A stretch of 64,000 nt of DNA from Myxococcota bacterium (lineage in GTDB: Bacteria; Myxococcota_A; UBA796; UBA2385). A program made the translations under genes and the position numbers. The notes beneath the pieces are model-generated. The model made no database searches and was not told the DNA's origin. It saw only the letters and a list, made by a program, of their open reading frames with translations. The number at the start of each line of letters is the position of its first letter. Position 1 is the stretch's first letter. Of this stretch, positions 9,437-18,343 are shown piece by piece. The stretch spans positions 256,001-320,000 of the forward strand of contig JBIJDH010000004.1 of assembly GCA_044344255.1 (NCBI GenBank). Reading direction: 5' to 3'.

Positions 9437-11487
9437 TGGAGGGTCTCCCATTGATTGGTCTCTACGTTCCACCGAAATCGATTGGCGCGCCGCGAGCTCA
9501 CGTTCACGGTCACCGTCTTGGTCTTGTCGCCGAGGCGCAATTGGACGCTGTGTTCGCCCGCGCTGGCCTTCAGCGCCTTGGGGGTCTGTCCGACCACGGC
9601 GCCGTCGAGGAGGATGGTCGCCCCCACCTGGGAGGCCGAGATGTTGAGGTCGTAGAGGGCGACCTCAGCGGCCGGGGGCGCGGAGGGGCCGGCGGCGGCC
9701 GTCGTGACGGTGGGGGCGGCGGAGGGCGGCGGAGATTCGGAGCGGGGTTCGGAGCGGTGTTCGGAGCGGGGTTCGGCCTTGCCTTCCGGGCGCGGCTCCG
9801 GCTGGGGCTCGGATGTCGCGGCCACCCTCGCCGGGGCGGGCACCTCGACGGGCGGGCGGGAGAGGCTGTCCGCAGGAGGCCTGCTCTCGGCGAGGCTGCC
9901 GATGAGATCCTGCCGGGCACCTTCATGGGCAGGGCGGGCGGCGCGCCCCTCCTGCCTCGCGGCCGCGGCCGGGCTCGGGGGCGAGGCGGCGGAGCCCGCG
10001 TCGCGGGCGGGTTCGGCGGGCGGCGCCTCGGCGGTCTCCGCAGCGGGCGCTTCGGGCCCCTGGGCCGGCGCTGGCGCGACCACCCCCTCTCCCAGAGGGT
10101 GCGCCTGGGGGGTGTCGCGGGTGGAGAGCGCCCAGAGCGCCGCGCCGACGGCGCCGAGGAGGCCGATCGCGGTGAGGCCTGCGACCGCCGTGATCAACCC
10201 CAGGCGGGGGGTGGACCGCGCCGGACGGCGGTGATCGGGCTGAGGGATAGCGAGGGAGTCCTCCGGCGCGGTCAGCGGGGCGCCGAGGGCCTCGCCCACC
10301 CGAGCGGCGCGGAGGGGCACGGTCGAGGCGCTCGAGGGGAGCGCAGGCGAGGAGGAGGGGCCTGAGGCGGCGGCGCTCGGTGGTCGCGGCGGAGGGGACG
10401 TCGTCGATCGCGGTGGGCTTTCGGGGCCCTTCGAGCTCGACCTCGCCTCGTCGGTGGGGATTGAGACCTCCTCGTAGGGGACGCTCACGGCGTCGAGCAT
10501 GGGGTCGTTGCGGAAGCGCTCGCGTCTCCCCTCGATCAGCGGAGGGATCAGCCGGGTCGCGTAGCGGCCGAGCCCCTCACCGGGCGCGAGGTCGGCGAGA
10601 TTTTGGGCACGCTCGTGCACCGCGCCTGCGTCCGGCCGATCCTCGGGACGAAAGGCCAGCATCCCGAGGATGAGCGCGTCGAGCTCGCGCTGGGCCTCCG
10701 GGGGCCAGAGCGGGTTTTGGAGGGCCTGGGCGATCGCCTCGACGTGCTCGCGGTGACGTTCGGGCGCGAGCGGCGCGCGGGTGACGTTGGCGCCGACCAG
10801 GATCTCGGCGAGGCTGATACCGAGGGCGTAGATGTCGACCCCGTGTCCGACCTGGCCATACAGCCACTGCTCGGGCGCCATGAAGCGGGCGGTACCGAAC
10901 TGCATCGACTCTGTCTTGCCCTCCCGATCGAAGTCGGCGCGCGCGACCCCGAAGTCCAGCACCTTGACCCCTCCGTGACGGGAGATGAGCAGGTTCGCCG
11001 GCTTGATGTCGCGGTGGACCACCCGGAGGGGTTGGTCTGCCCGCGGCCCGGCGGTGGTCCAAGCGGCGTGCAGCGCGCTGGCGGCGGCGGCCACGATCTG
11101 AAAGGCGGCCCGCGGAGGGATTGGCCCGTGGCGGAGCAGCTCCGCGGCGTCTACCCCCTCCACGTACTCCATCATCACCGCGGGCCGACCGTGGATGGTG
11201 GTGAGGTCAAAGACCTTGACGATATTGTCGTGGTTCAGTCGGGCGAGCAGGCGGGCTTCGTCGCGTTGGCGCGCGGCGAAGTCGGCGGTGTCGTTCATCT
11301 CGGCGCTCAGCACCTTGATGGCGAGGCGCTGGACGAAGCGGTCTGGGTTGTGGACCTCGGCGAGGTAGACGGCGCCGAAGCCTCCGCGACCGAGGGTCTC
11401 GAGGAAGCGAAGCCGCCGCTGCCGGCCACCGCTGTCCGCCCGCTCCCCGCGGGCAGTGAGGAGGATGTCCGGTGGGTTGACGCTCAC
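9433..11487 (-). CDS. Membrane Ser/Thr protein kinase with C-terminal PEGA-like domain
   Basis: GRGGFG, AIK, HRDIKPAN, DFG, APE; central TM; Pro/Ala linker; GATILLDG..GQTP; GTG 11487 follows AAGGAGAG. Confidence 0.9.
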   Translation of the reverse strand: MSVNPPDILLTARGERADSGGRQRRLRFLETLGRGGFGAVYLAEVHNPDRFVQRLAIKVLSAEMNDTADFAARQRDEARLLARLNHDNIVKVFDLTTIHGRPAVMMEYVEGVDAAELLRHGPIPPRAAFQIVAAAASALHAAWTTAGPRADQPLRVVHRDIKPANLLISRHGGVKVLDFGVARADFDREGKTESMQFGTARFMAPEQWLYGQVGHGVDIYALGISLAEILVGANVTRAPLAPERHREHVEAIAQALQNPLWPPEAQRELDALILGMLAFRPEDRPDAGAVHERAQNLADLAPGEGLGRYATRLIPPLIEGRRERFRNDPMLDAVSVPYEEVSIPTDEARSSSKGPESPPRSTTSPPPRPPSAAASGPSSSPALPSSASTVPLRAARVGEALGAPLTAPEDSLAIPQPDHRRPARSTPRLGLITAVAGLTAIGLLGAVGAALWALSTRDTPQAHPLGEGVVAPAPAQGPEAPAAETAEAPPAEPARDAGSAASPPSPAAAARQEGRAARPAHEGARQDLIGSLAESRPPADSLSRPPVEVPAPARVAATSEPQPEPRPEGKAEPRSEHRSEPRSESPPPSAAPTVTTAAAGPSAPPAAEVALYDLNISASQVGATILLDGAVVGQTPKALKASAGEHSVQLRLGDKTKTVTVNVSSRRANRFRWNVETNQWETLQ
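9736..9776. repeat. 12-bp coding tandem repeat, about 3.4 copies (EPRS/EHRS)
   Basis: ttcggagcgggg ttcggagcggtg ttcggagcgggg ttcgg in the kinase linker. Confidence 0.85.
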
Positions 11488-11578
11488 GGGCCCTCTCCTT
11501 GGATTGTGCGCAGGGCGTGACACCCAGAAGGTATCACAGAGCGTCGGCATTGTGAGCAGACGGTCTCACGGTGCGGGA

Positions 11579-13435
11579 TCATGGTGATCCCCCCGATTGT
11601 ACGGCTCTCCAGGTCGGCTCGATGAGCGTCTCCAGCGCGGGGTGGGGTCGCTCGGCGGCCGCGGCGGCGACCGCGGCTCTCCAGGCGTCGCCGTCTGCGC
11701 GACCGCGAGGGCCGGGAGTGTCGGTGTCCAGCCACCAGGCGAGGGCGCAGCCGAGATCACGCGGCGCACCGAAGTGGCGGCCGAGGCCGCTGCGGTAACG
11801 ATTGACCCCGCCAGACGAGAGAGGCCCACCGGGTAGGGCGTCTATCGCGATGACAGACACCCCCTGCTGGCGGAGGCTGCGTACGGCGTCCGCGCCGGGG
11901 TCTTCCGGCCACTCGCCAGCCTCGAAGGCCTTGATGTAGCGGAGGATCGGCTCCGACTCGACCCAGGCGCTCCAGGACTCCGGCGGCCGCGCTCCGGGGG
12001 GGAGGAGGACGGGGTTCACCAGGGGACGCCCGTGGAATCGCTGGTGCAGCCCCACCTGCGAGGCCCGCAGCCACCCCCGCCGGAGCGGCAGCTCGAGCAC
12101 CGCGCCGCTGGCCCCGCGCAGCTCCGTCCAGCACGCCTCGTCCCCGACGCGAGTGGTCTGCAGGGGCAGGTTCTCGCTCGTGTACAGGCTGCTCAACAGG
12201 ACCGCCCCGGCCCAGAGCGGCGGCCGTGGCGCTCGCGCGGCGACGAGGACGAGGCCGAGGCTGATGAGGAAGCCCCAACGCTCCGCCCAGTCGAGGCGCG
12301 CAAAATACGGGTGCAAGGATCGAAAATAGTGGAAGGGCAGGGCGATCGGCGAACCATTGACGGTCACGACCTCGTCTCCCCACCGAAGGTAGGGCCCAAG
12401 CACCATCACGCCGCCGAGGCCCATCAACCAGAGGCCCAGCAGCCCCTCCCGCTTCTTCGACCGGGACAGCCCCGCCGCCGCGGCGAGCAGCAGCGCGGGG
12501 CTCAGCCAATTCGAGAGGTCGATGGGGGTGCGGTCGGCCCAGAAGGTCGGCGTGTTGCCGTGTTGCGCGATGAAGATCTCGTCTGTTGGCAGCACGTCGT
12601 AGGTGTCCGGCGCGTTGGCGGGCGGGATCGGCGGACCGGCGCGGGTGAGCGACCGCTCGTCCCAGCCGATGAGCTGCGGCAAGAGGAAGGGGCCGCAGAG
12701 CAGCAGGCCGGTGAGGGCCATCCAGCCGAGGGCGCGGAGCGGCGTCCGGAGCAGGAGGGGCAGGGTGCCGAGGAACACGAAGAGCCCGGCGTACCAGTAG
12801 GCGAGGGAGAGGAGCGAGAGCCAGGCCCCAGCGGTCATCGCTCCCCGCCGGCTGGGCTTCGCCTGGAGCTCGAGCAACGCGAGCAGGTAGAGGGGCGCCG
12901 CGAAGAGCATGGCTTGGGGCGCGTGGTGGAGGTTCGCCTCTCGGGCCACCGGCTCGGCGAGCTGAAAGGCCACGCCGGCCAGCCAGCCGGCCCCCTCCGA
13001 GCCCCCCACCTTTCGACCGAGGGCGTGAGCGGCGAGCCCATTCAACGTCAATACGCACAGCCACCACAGGTTGTCGCCCCATGGGAAGCCAAAGATCCAA
13101 ACAAATGGCGCCGCGCTCAGGTGATCGAGCAGGTTCGGTGTCAGCTCGAGGACGGGAAAGCCGATCGGGAAGTACACACCGAACGACTGGGGGAATGAGG
13201 AGGGGTGCAGCAGGAGATCGGCGACCAGTCCCCGCAACATCACCGTATCCACGGCGTCGATCGTGGAGTATCCGATGATGGCGTCGCCGGGGGTCCGCGC
13301 CAGCGGCCAGCTCATCAGGACCGAGATGAGCAAGAAGCCGAGCGGTCGGAGCGCCCAGGTGGGGAGGGAGCGCCCGCCGAGGGTGAGGATCTGCGAGGGG
13401 GCGCCTGCGGGGTCTTGGTCTGTGTTCACCGCCAC
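11579..13435 (-). CDS. Polytopic membrane protein, possibly GT-C fold glycosyltransferase
   Basis: Many TM helices, early acidic loop (IDAVD), LGPYL..RLDWAERW and VLELPL..HGRPLVN segments typical of such proteins. Confidence 0.6.
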   Translation of the reverse strand: MAVNTDQDPAGAPSQILTLGGRSLPTWALRPLGFLLISVLMSWPLARTPGDAIIGYSTIDAVDTVMLRGLVADLLLHPSSFPQSFGVYFPIGFPVLELTPNLLDHLSAAPFVWIFGFPWGDNLWWLCVLTLNGLAAHALGRKVGGSEGAGWLAGVAFQLAEPVAREANLHHAPQAMLFAAPLYLLALLELQAKPSRRGAMTAGAWLSLLSLAYWYAGLFVFLGTLPLLLRTPLRALGWMALTGLLLCGPFLLPQLIGWDERSLTRAGPPIPPANAPDTYDVLPTDEIFIAQHGNTPTFWADRTPIDLSNWLSPALLLAAAAGLSRSKKREGLLGLWLMGLGGVMVLGPYLRWGDEVVTVNGSPIALPFHYFRSLHPYFARLDWAERWGFLISLGLVLVAARAPRPPLWAGAVLLSSLYTSENLPLQTTRVGDEACWTELRGASGAVLELPLRRGWLRASQVGLHQRFHGRPLVNPVLLPPGARPPESWSAWVESEPILRYIKAFEAGEWPEDPGADAVRSLRQQGVSVIAIDALPGGPLSSGGVNRYRSGLGRHFGAPRDLGCALAWWLDTDTPGPRGRADGDAWRAAVAAAAAERPHPALETLIEPTWRAVQSGGSP

Positions 13436-13438
13436 AGC

Positions 13439-14245
13439 CTACTCCAGGTGCCGGTAGGGGGCCCAGGCGGCCGTGGCGGGGAGATGGTGGGTGTCGAGGG
13501 GCGGGAATCGAGGGTCTCCGAGGAAGGGCGCCAGGCGGTCGAGCGCCGCGGGAGAACCGGGCGGGCATCGGCGAACCGTGGACTCATCGACCCCGAGCTG
13601 GCGGCCGATCTCGCCCTGGCTGAGCCGCGTCCAACGGCGGGCCGCCGCCATCACCAGGCGGCGGAATGCGCCGCGGCCGTGCAGCGCGCGGAGGGGCGTG
13701 CGCGTCCAGGCTGAGGTGACCGCGACGATCTCCGGCAGCGCCACGGCGCGCGGGGCTTCGCTCGGCGTGTAGACAGCCCCGAGCGGCGGCAGGCGGGAGA
13801 GCTCGGCCCGCTGGGACTCGTACCAGCGGTGGGCGTCCTGTCGGGGCGGGCGGGCGCCGTGGTCACAGAGGCCGAGCCCGTCGCGGAGGGTGCTGAAGGG
13901 CCAGGCGAGGGGGTGTGGGCTGAGGCCGAGGCGCCAGGGCTCGAGCTCGGCCTGGGTGGGCTGCCCGGGGCAAGCGAGCCCGGTGAGCCCGGGGGTGTCG
14001 AGCGAGGCCCAGACTGCGCCGGCCGTGCGGCGGTGGTGGTTCCGCCACCGCGCATAGGCGCGCATGCCCGTGCGCAGTGCCGTCACCTGGGGCAGGGGGT
14101 GACTGAGGTGGAGGTGATCGGGGAGGAGGACGAGGCTCGTCAGGCCAGGGACGGCCACCAACACGCGGTCCCAGAGGGCGCGGGCCTCTTCCCAACTGTT
14201 GAAGAGCAGGGTGCCGGGGAGGGCGTGGGCGGTGTAGTGGAGCAT
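13439..14245 (-). CDS. RAYT/Y1 (HUH) transposase-derived protein with C-terminal HTH; catalytic Tyr apparently absent
   Basis: HYTAH, LLPDHLHL (HUH), WPFST (cf. WPWSS), C-terminal LSQGEIGRQLGVDESTVRR HTH; ATG 14245. Confidence 0.7.
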   Translation of the reverse strand: MLHYTAHALPGTLLFNSWEEARALWDRVLVAVPGLTSLVLLPDHLHLSHPLPQVTALRTGMRAYARWRNHHRRTAGAVWASLDTPGLTGLACPGQPTQAELEPWRLGLSPHPLAWPFSTLRDGLGLCDHGARPPRQDAHRWYESQRAELSRLPPLGAVYTPSEAPRAVALPEIVAVTSAWTRTPLRALHGRGAFRRLVMAAARRWTRLSQGEIGRQLGVDESTVRRCPPGSPAALDRLAPFLGDPRFPPLDTHHLPATAAWAPYRHLE

Positions 14246-14255
14246 GTCTGGCTCC

Positions 14256-14298
14256 GTAGCAAGAGGCGTGCCTCTGTAAGAGGCTGGAATTACAGAGG
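14256..14298. promoter_or_regulatory. GTAG-led hairpin and overlapping 9-bp inverted repeat upstream of the RAYT-like gene
   Basis: GTAG 14256-14259, AGAGGC-GT-GCCTCT 14262-14275; CCTCTGTAA 14271-14279 / TTACAGAGG 14290-14298. Confidence 0.45.
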
Positions 14299-14413
14299 GG
14301 TACCGCGGTCCAGGTGACGAGCGTCGACCGACATTCGTCAGACCACGGTCACCCTGTGCCAGCGAGGTCGCTGTCAAGGGCCGACCTGGGTTGTGGGAAG
14401 CGAGGAGGTTGGG

Positions 14414-15244
14414 ATGCCGGAGCTCCCCGAGGTCGAGATCGCCGCGCGACAGCTCCGCGGCTGGCTCGGTGGGCGCTTGCTCGTCGACGTCGAGCTGCTC
14501 GATCCGGGCCTCCTGAGCGGCGCCTGGGCGGCGCGCGGCCCTGCGGCCCTGCAGCCCCTGGTCGGCGCCCGGGTGGACGCGGTGGGGCGCCGCGGGAAGA
14601 ACCTGCTGATCCGGGTCGGCGGGCTGTGCCTGCACCTGCACCTCCGGATGACCGGGCAGCTCGTCCGGGGCTTCGACCTGCCGCGCTTCGCTCGTCTCCG
14701 GCTGTCACCCGAGGGGGCGCCCCCGGTGACCTTCGTCGATCCCCGCCGCTTTGGGACCTTGCAGCCCTTGGACACCGACGCCGAGCGCGCCCTCGAGGCC
14801 TCGCTCGGCCCCGAGCCTTGGCCCGACCGACGCTCCGGGGCTTGGTGGGCGGCCCGGTTCGCTGGCGCGCGGGCGCCGATCAAGGTCGCCCTCTTGGATC
14901 AGTCGAGGGTGGCGGGGCTTGGCAACATCCTCGCGACGGAGGCCCTCTTTAGCGCGAGCCTCGCCCCCGATCGGTCGGTCGCCTCGCTCCGCCCAGAGGA
15001 GTGGGCTCGGCTCGCCGACGCCGTGCCTGCCTGTGTCGATCACGTGCTCGCCGTGGAGAGCGCCGAGGCGCTCACGTACGTGAACCTGGGAGGAGTCAAC
15101 CCCTTCGCGGTGTACGGCCGCGCCGGTGAGCCCTGTCCCCGCTGCGGCGCGCCCATCGAGCGCTTCGTCCAGGCGGGGCGAGGGACCTGGTGGTGCCCAC
15201 CCTGTGCGCAGGCGGCGGAGATCGAAGGGGCAGGGCGGCGTTAA
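14414..15244 (+). CDS. mutM: Formamidopyrimidine-DNA glycosylase (Fpg/Nei family)
   Basis: MPELPEVE, RRGK, HLRMTG, DPRRFG, LLDQ..VAGLGNI, C-terminal zinc finger CPRC..CPPC; GAGGAGG upstream. Confidence 0.92.
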   Translation: MPELPEVEIAARQLRGWLGGRLLVDVELLDPGLLSGAWAARGPAALQPLVGARVDAVGRRGKNLLIRVGGLCLHLHLRMTGQLVRGFDLPRFARLRLSPEGAPPVTFVDPRRFGTLQPLDTDAERALEASLGPEPWPDRRSGAWWAARFAGARAPIKVALLDQSRVAGLGNILATEALFSASLAPDRSVASLRPEEWARLADAVPACVDHVLAVESAEALTYVNLGGVNPFAVYGRAGEPCPRCGAPIERFVQAGRGTWWCPPCAQAAEIEGAGRR

Positions 15245-15273
15245 GAGCCGGGGCAATTGCCTCGAGGGCCCCC

Positions 15274-15969
15274 ATGACTCGCCTCCCCGACCCTCCGGTT
15301 GTCCCCGATGCCGGCGGCGCCGAGCCCCATCCGTCCTCCGACCCCTGGCGGGTGCCGCCGGGGGACACGCTCCGCTCCTTCCTGGCCGACGCCCCCTCCG
15401 GCGCGCGGCTGCGCTTGCTCCCGGGCCTGCACTGGGGGCCCTTCACGTTCACCCGATCCGTGTGGCTCGAGGGGGAGGCCGGTGTGATCCTCGACGCCCG
15501 GGGGCGCGGACCTTGCGTCCACGTAGAGGCGGACGACCTCTCCATCCGCCTCCGCGGGCTTCAGCTCAGCGGCGGCGCCGGCCCCCGAGGGGGTGGCGTC
15601 TGCCTCGAAGGCTGGTCGTCCGTCGAGCTCCACGCGGTGCGCCTCGAGGGCAGCGTGGCCCGCGAGGGGAGGGGGGCCGGCCTCGCGCAGTCCCGGGGGG
15701 GCCTCTTCGCTGCCGGGCTGCGCGCGGGGGTCGGTCAAGACCTCCTCTTCTCCGGCGTGGCGGAGGCCCGCCTCGAGGGCGCTGAGCTGGACGCGGCCAT
15801 CGGCCTGTTCGATGGCGCAGATCTCTCCCTGTCGGGGGGCCAGTTCCCCGGTGGTGTCGACCTACGCGGCACCACCAGCCGCGCACCCCTGCTTCGGCTC
15901 CGGGCGGGCGCCTCGCCGAGCCTCCGCCAGCACCCTCGGCTCCCGGGCCGAGTGGAGCGCGAAAGCTAG
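15274..15969 (+). CDS. Hypothetical protein, pectin-lyase-like beta-helix
   Basis: APSGARLRLLPG..GP, LEGEAGVILDA, GGGV motifs typical of right-handed beta-helix N-termini. Confidence 0.55.
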   Translation: MTRLPDPPVVPDAGGAEPHPSSDPWRVPPGDTLRSFLADAPSGARLRLLPGLHWGPFTFTRSVWLEGEAGVILDARGRGPCVHVEADDLSIRLRGLQLSGGAGPRGGGVCLEGWSSVELHAVRLEGSVAREGRGAGLAQSRGGLFAAGLRAGVGQDLLFSGVAEARLEGAELDAAIGLFDGADLSLSGGQFPGGVDLRGTTSRAPLLRLRAGASPSLRQHPRLPGRVERES

Positions 15970-16110
15970 GGCTCAAAATATCCCTGAATCTTTCGTCGCC
16001 TCGCCTTGAATCTATGGACCCGGATGGGTACGTTCCACGAATCAGGCGTGCGTCGTGCCTGCGTTGCTTGGCTCGCGAGTAGCCCACCGGGGTGATGAGA
16101 TGGGGCAAGA

Positions 16111-17163
16111 GTGAAGAAGAGCGGGTCGGAGGTCGAGAGCTCCGCCCACCCCCGCTCAAACTCTTGTCAGGTCAAGTCAGCTGGTGAGGTGAGTTCAAGG
16201 CCCTCCGCCCGGAGAGAGGCGGGGAGGGCGTCCGCGTTGTCGGCCCTGGCGCCCGCGCTCCCGCTCGACGAGGCCCAACGCGAGGTCCGGATCCGTCGCT
16301 GGCTCCGCCCCCGCCTCAGCGTGCTCGCCCTGCTCGTGATGAGCGTGCTCTCGGTGGGCTTCTCTTGGGGGGTCGGCGAGGAGGTCGCCCGGGGTGAGCC
16401 TCAGGGCCGCTGGTTGGAGCGTGTGGACCAGCACCTTCGAGTGGTCGCCCAAGCCGAGCTCCTCGACGCCGCCGGCCTCGCCGGGACGGATCTCGAGCGG
16501 GCCGCCCTCATCCGCGACCTCGGGCGAGCGCGGACGGCGATGGCGGGGGATCCGACTGAGGCGCGGCGCCTGCTCGAGGCCCTCTACCTGGACAGCCCGG
16601 GCACCGACGTCGAGGCGCGGGCCATCGAGCTGATGATCGAGCTCGCCGCTCCCGGCTGGCCCGAAGGCTACCGCGGTGAATTTCTGGCAGGCCTGGCCCC
16701 CGCCGCCATCGAGTCGGGTCGGGCCCGGAAGATCCCGCCCAGCGTCACGCTCGCCCAGGCGATCATTGAGAGCGGATGGGGGCGCAGCCAGCTCACCCGC
16801 AAGCACCACAACCTCTTCGGCGTGAAGGGTGGGAGCGGAGCCTCCAAGGTGATGGTGCGGGCGCGGGTGTCGGGGAGCGGCCGGAGCGCCCGTTACGCGC
16901 GGTTGGGGTACCGCAGCTACCCGAGCTTCGCGGCGAGCATCGCCCACCATGGGGAGCTGCTCTCCCAGTCTTCCGCCTACGCGAAGGCCCGTCCCCTCTG
17001 GCGGGACTGGCGCGCCTACCTCAAGTGCATCGGCCCGATCTATGCGCGGGATCCTCGTTACGTCCGCGCGGTCTCCGACATGATCACCCGCTACGACCTC
17101 GATCAGTGGGACCGCCTCGTGGTCCTGGCCGTCGAGCGGGATGCCATAAAGGACGAGTCCTGA
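16111..17163 (+). CDS. Membrane-anchored GH73/FlgJ-type glucosaminidase (peptidoglycan hydrolase)
   Basis: SVTLAQAIIESGWG, NLFGVK, YARDPRY; one TM before the catalytic domain; start uncertain. Confidence 0.85.
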   Translation: MKKSGSEVESSAHPRSNSCQVKSAGEVSSRPSARREAGRASALSALAPALPLDEAQREVRIRRWLRPRLSVLALLVMSVLSVGFSWGVGEEVARGEPQGRWLERVDQHLRVVAQAELLDAAGLAGTDLERAALIRDLGRARTAMAGDPTEARRLLEALYLDSPGTDVEARAIELMIELAAPGWPEGYRGEFLAGLAPAAIESGRARKIPPSVTLAQAIIESGWGRSQLTRKHHNLFGVKGGSGASKVMVRARVSGSGRSARYARLGYRSYPSFAASIAHHGELLSQSSAYAKARPLWRDWRAYLKCIGPIYARDPRYVRAVSDMITRYDLDQWDRLVVLAVERDAIKDES

Positions 17164-17182
17164 GCGCGCGAGGGGGCCGCCC

Positions 17183-18343
17183 GTGACCGCGATGGGTCCG
17201 GCGGAGGGTACGATGGTGCCTCCGGACAGGGGGCGAGCGTTGGATCCCAGGTCTCCCTTCGGGGGCGTGTTGCGGCTCGGCCTCTGGGCGCGGCTCTCCC
17301 GCTGGTGGTTGGGGGTAGGCCCCCTCCGCGCGCGCCCTGGGTCGGCGCGGGGCCCGCTTGCGATCGGCGCCTCCCCTGCGCTGGCCCCTGCCGGCTCCTC
17401 TCCGCGCCTCGCCGCCCCCTGGCTGGGAGACGTGGAGGCCCCCTCGGTGGAGGCATCCCAGGTCCGGGCCTGGCTCGTCGGCTCCCTGCTCGAGGAGCGG
17501 GATCGGCACGTCCCCGGCCCCGATCGGGACCTGGTGGAGCGGCTCCTCCGCCTCCTCGGCTCGCAGACCCTCGACTTCCCCCTCTTCCCCGACGTCGCCT
17601 GGGAGCTGAACACCCTGCTCCAGCGGGGCGACCCCTCGATCACCGAGGTGGCGCGCCTGGTTCGGCGGGAGCCCGACCTCGTGCGACGGGTGTGGGCGGA
17701 GGCGTCGGGCGCGGAGTTCGCGCGGAAGGTCGGTAGCTTGAACCATGCGATCGCGCGGATCGGCTTCGACTCCCTCTGGCGGGTCGTCATGCGGGCCTCG
17801 ATGCAGTCCACCGTCTTCAAGGTGCGAGGCTGGCAAGGGGCGGTCGATCAGGCCCGCAGCGTCGCGATCGTCACCGCCGAGGTGGCGGCTTGGCTCGGCG
17901 ACGAGGGGCGAGGGGATCTCTTCCTCTCCGGTCTGCTCCACAACGCCGGTCAGCTCCTCGTGCTCCGGGCCGCGGGGCCGCCGCGCGCCGCCGATGGGCT
18001 GCCCGGTCGGGCCTTCGTGCTCGACCTCCAGCGCCGCCTCTCCGCCTCCTTTGGCCTCCTTGTGGCAGACACCTGGCAGCTTGGGCCGACGGTGGGCGCC
18101 GCGATCGCCTTCTGTCCGGCCCCCCTCCGCGCTCCACCGGAGCACCGCGAGGGGGCGACCATCGTCCAGATCGCGCGGATCGCCGCGCTCACGGCGCTGG
18201 AGGCCCGCACACACCGTGACGTCGGCGGCGTGGCGGCCCTCTTCGCGATCCAAGGCCTCACCTTCGATCCAGCGCGCACCGTCGAGAAGGCGGTGGGCGC
18301 CCTCAAGCAGCTCGAAGCCGGCGGCGGGACTATCCCCGGCTGA
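17183..18343 (+). CDS. HDOD domain protein
   Basis: FPLFPDVA, REPDL, SLNHAIARIG, GLLHNAGQL; start uncertain. Confidence 0.8.
   Translation: MTAMGPAEGTMVPPDRGRALDPRSPFGGVLRLGLWARLSRWWLGVGPLRARPGSARGPLAIGASPALAPAGSSPRLAAPWLGDVEAPSVEASQVRAWLVGSLLEERDRHVPGPDRDLVERLLRLLGSQTLDFPLFPDVAWELNTLLQRGDPSITEVARLVRREPDLVRRVWAEASGAEFARKVGSLNHAIARIGFDSLWRVVMRASMQSTVFKVRGWQGAVDQARSVAIVTAEVAAWLGDEGRGDLFLSGLLHNAGQLLVLRAAGPPRAADGLPGRAFVLDLQRRLSASFGLLVADTWQLGPTVGAAIAFCPAPLRAPPEHREGATIVQIARIAALTALEARTHRDVGGVAALFAIQGLTFDPARTVEKAVGALKQLEAGGGTIPG

Noticed and set aside
9736..9776. Short tandem repeats (also 34231-34275 and about 40128-40157) as CRISPR or contingency loci
   Set aside because: In-frame coding repeats with unit lengths divisible by 3, no spacers and no cas genes.
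14377..14389. 13-mer AGGGCCGACCTGG also present at 31727-31739
   Set aside because: A short GC-rich match is expected by chance in 64 kb of this composition; the flanks do not align.
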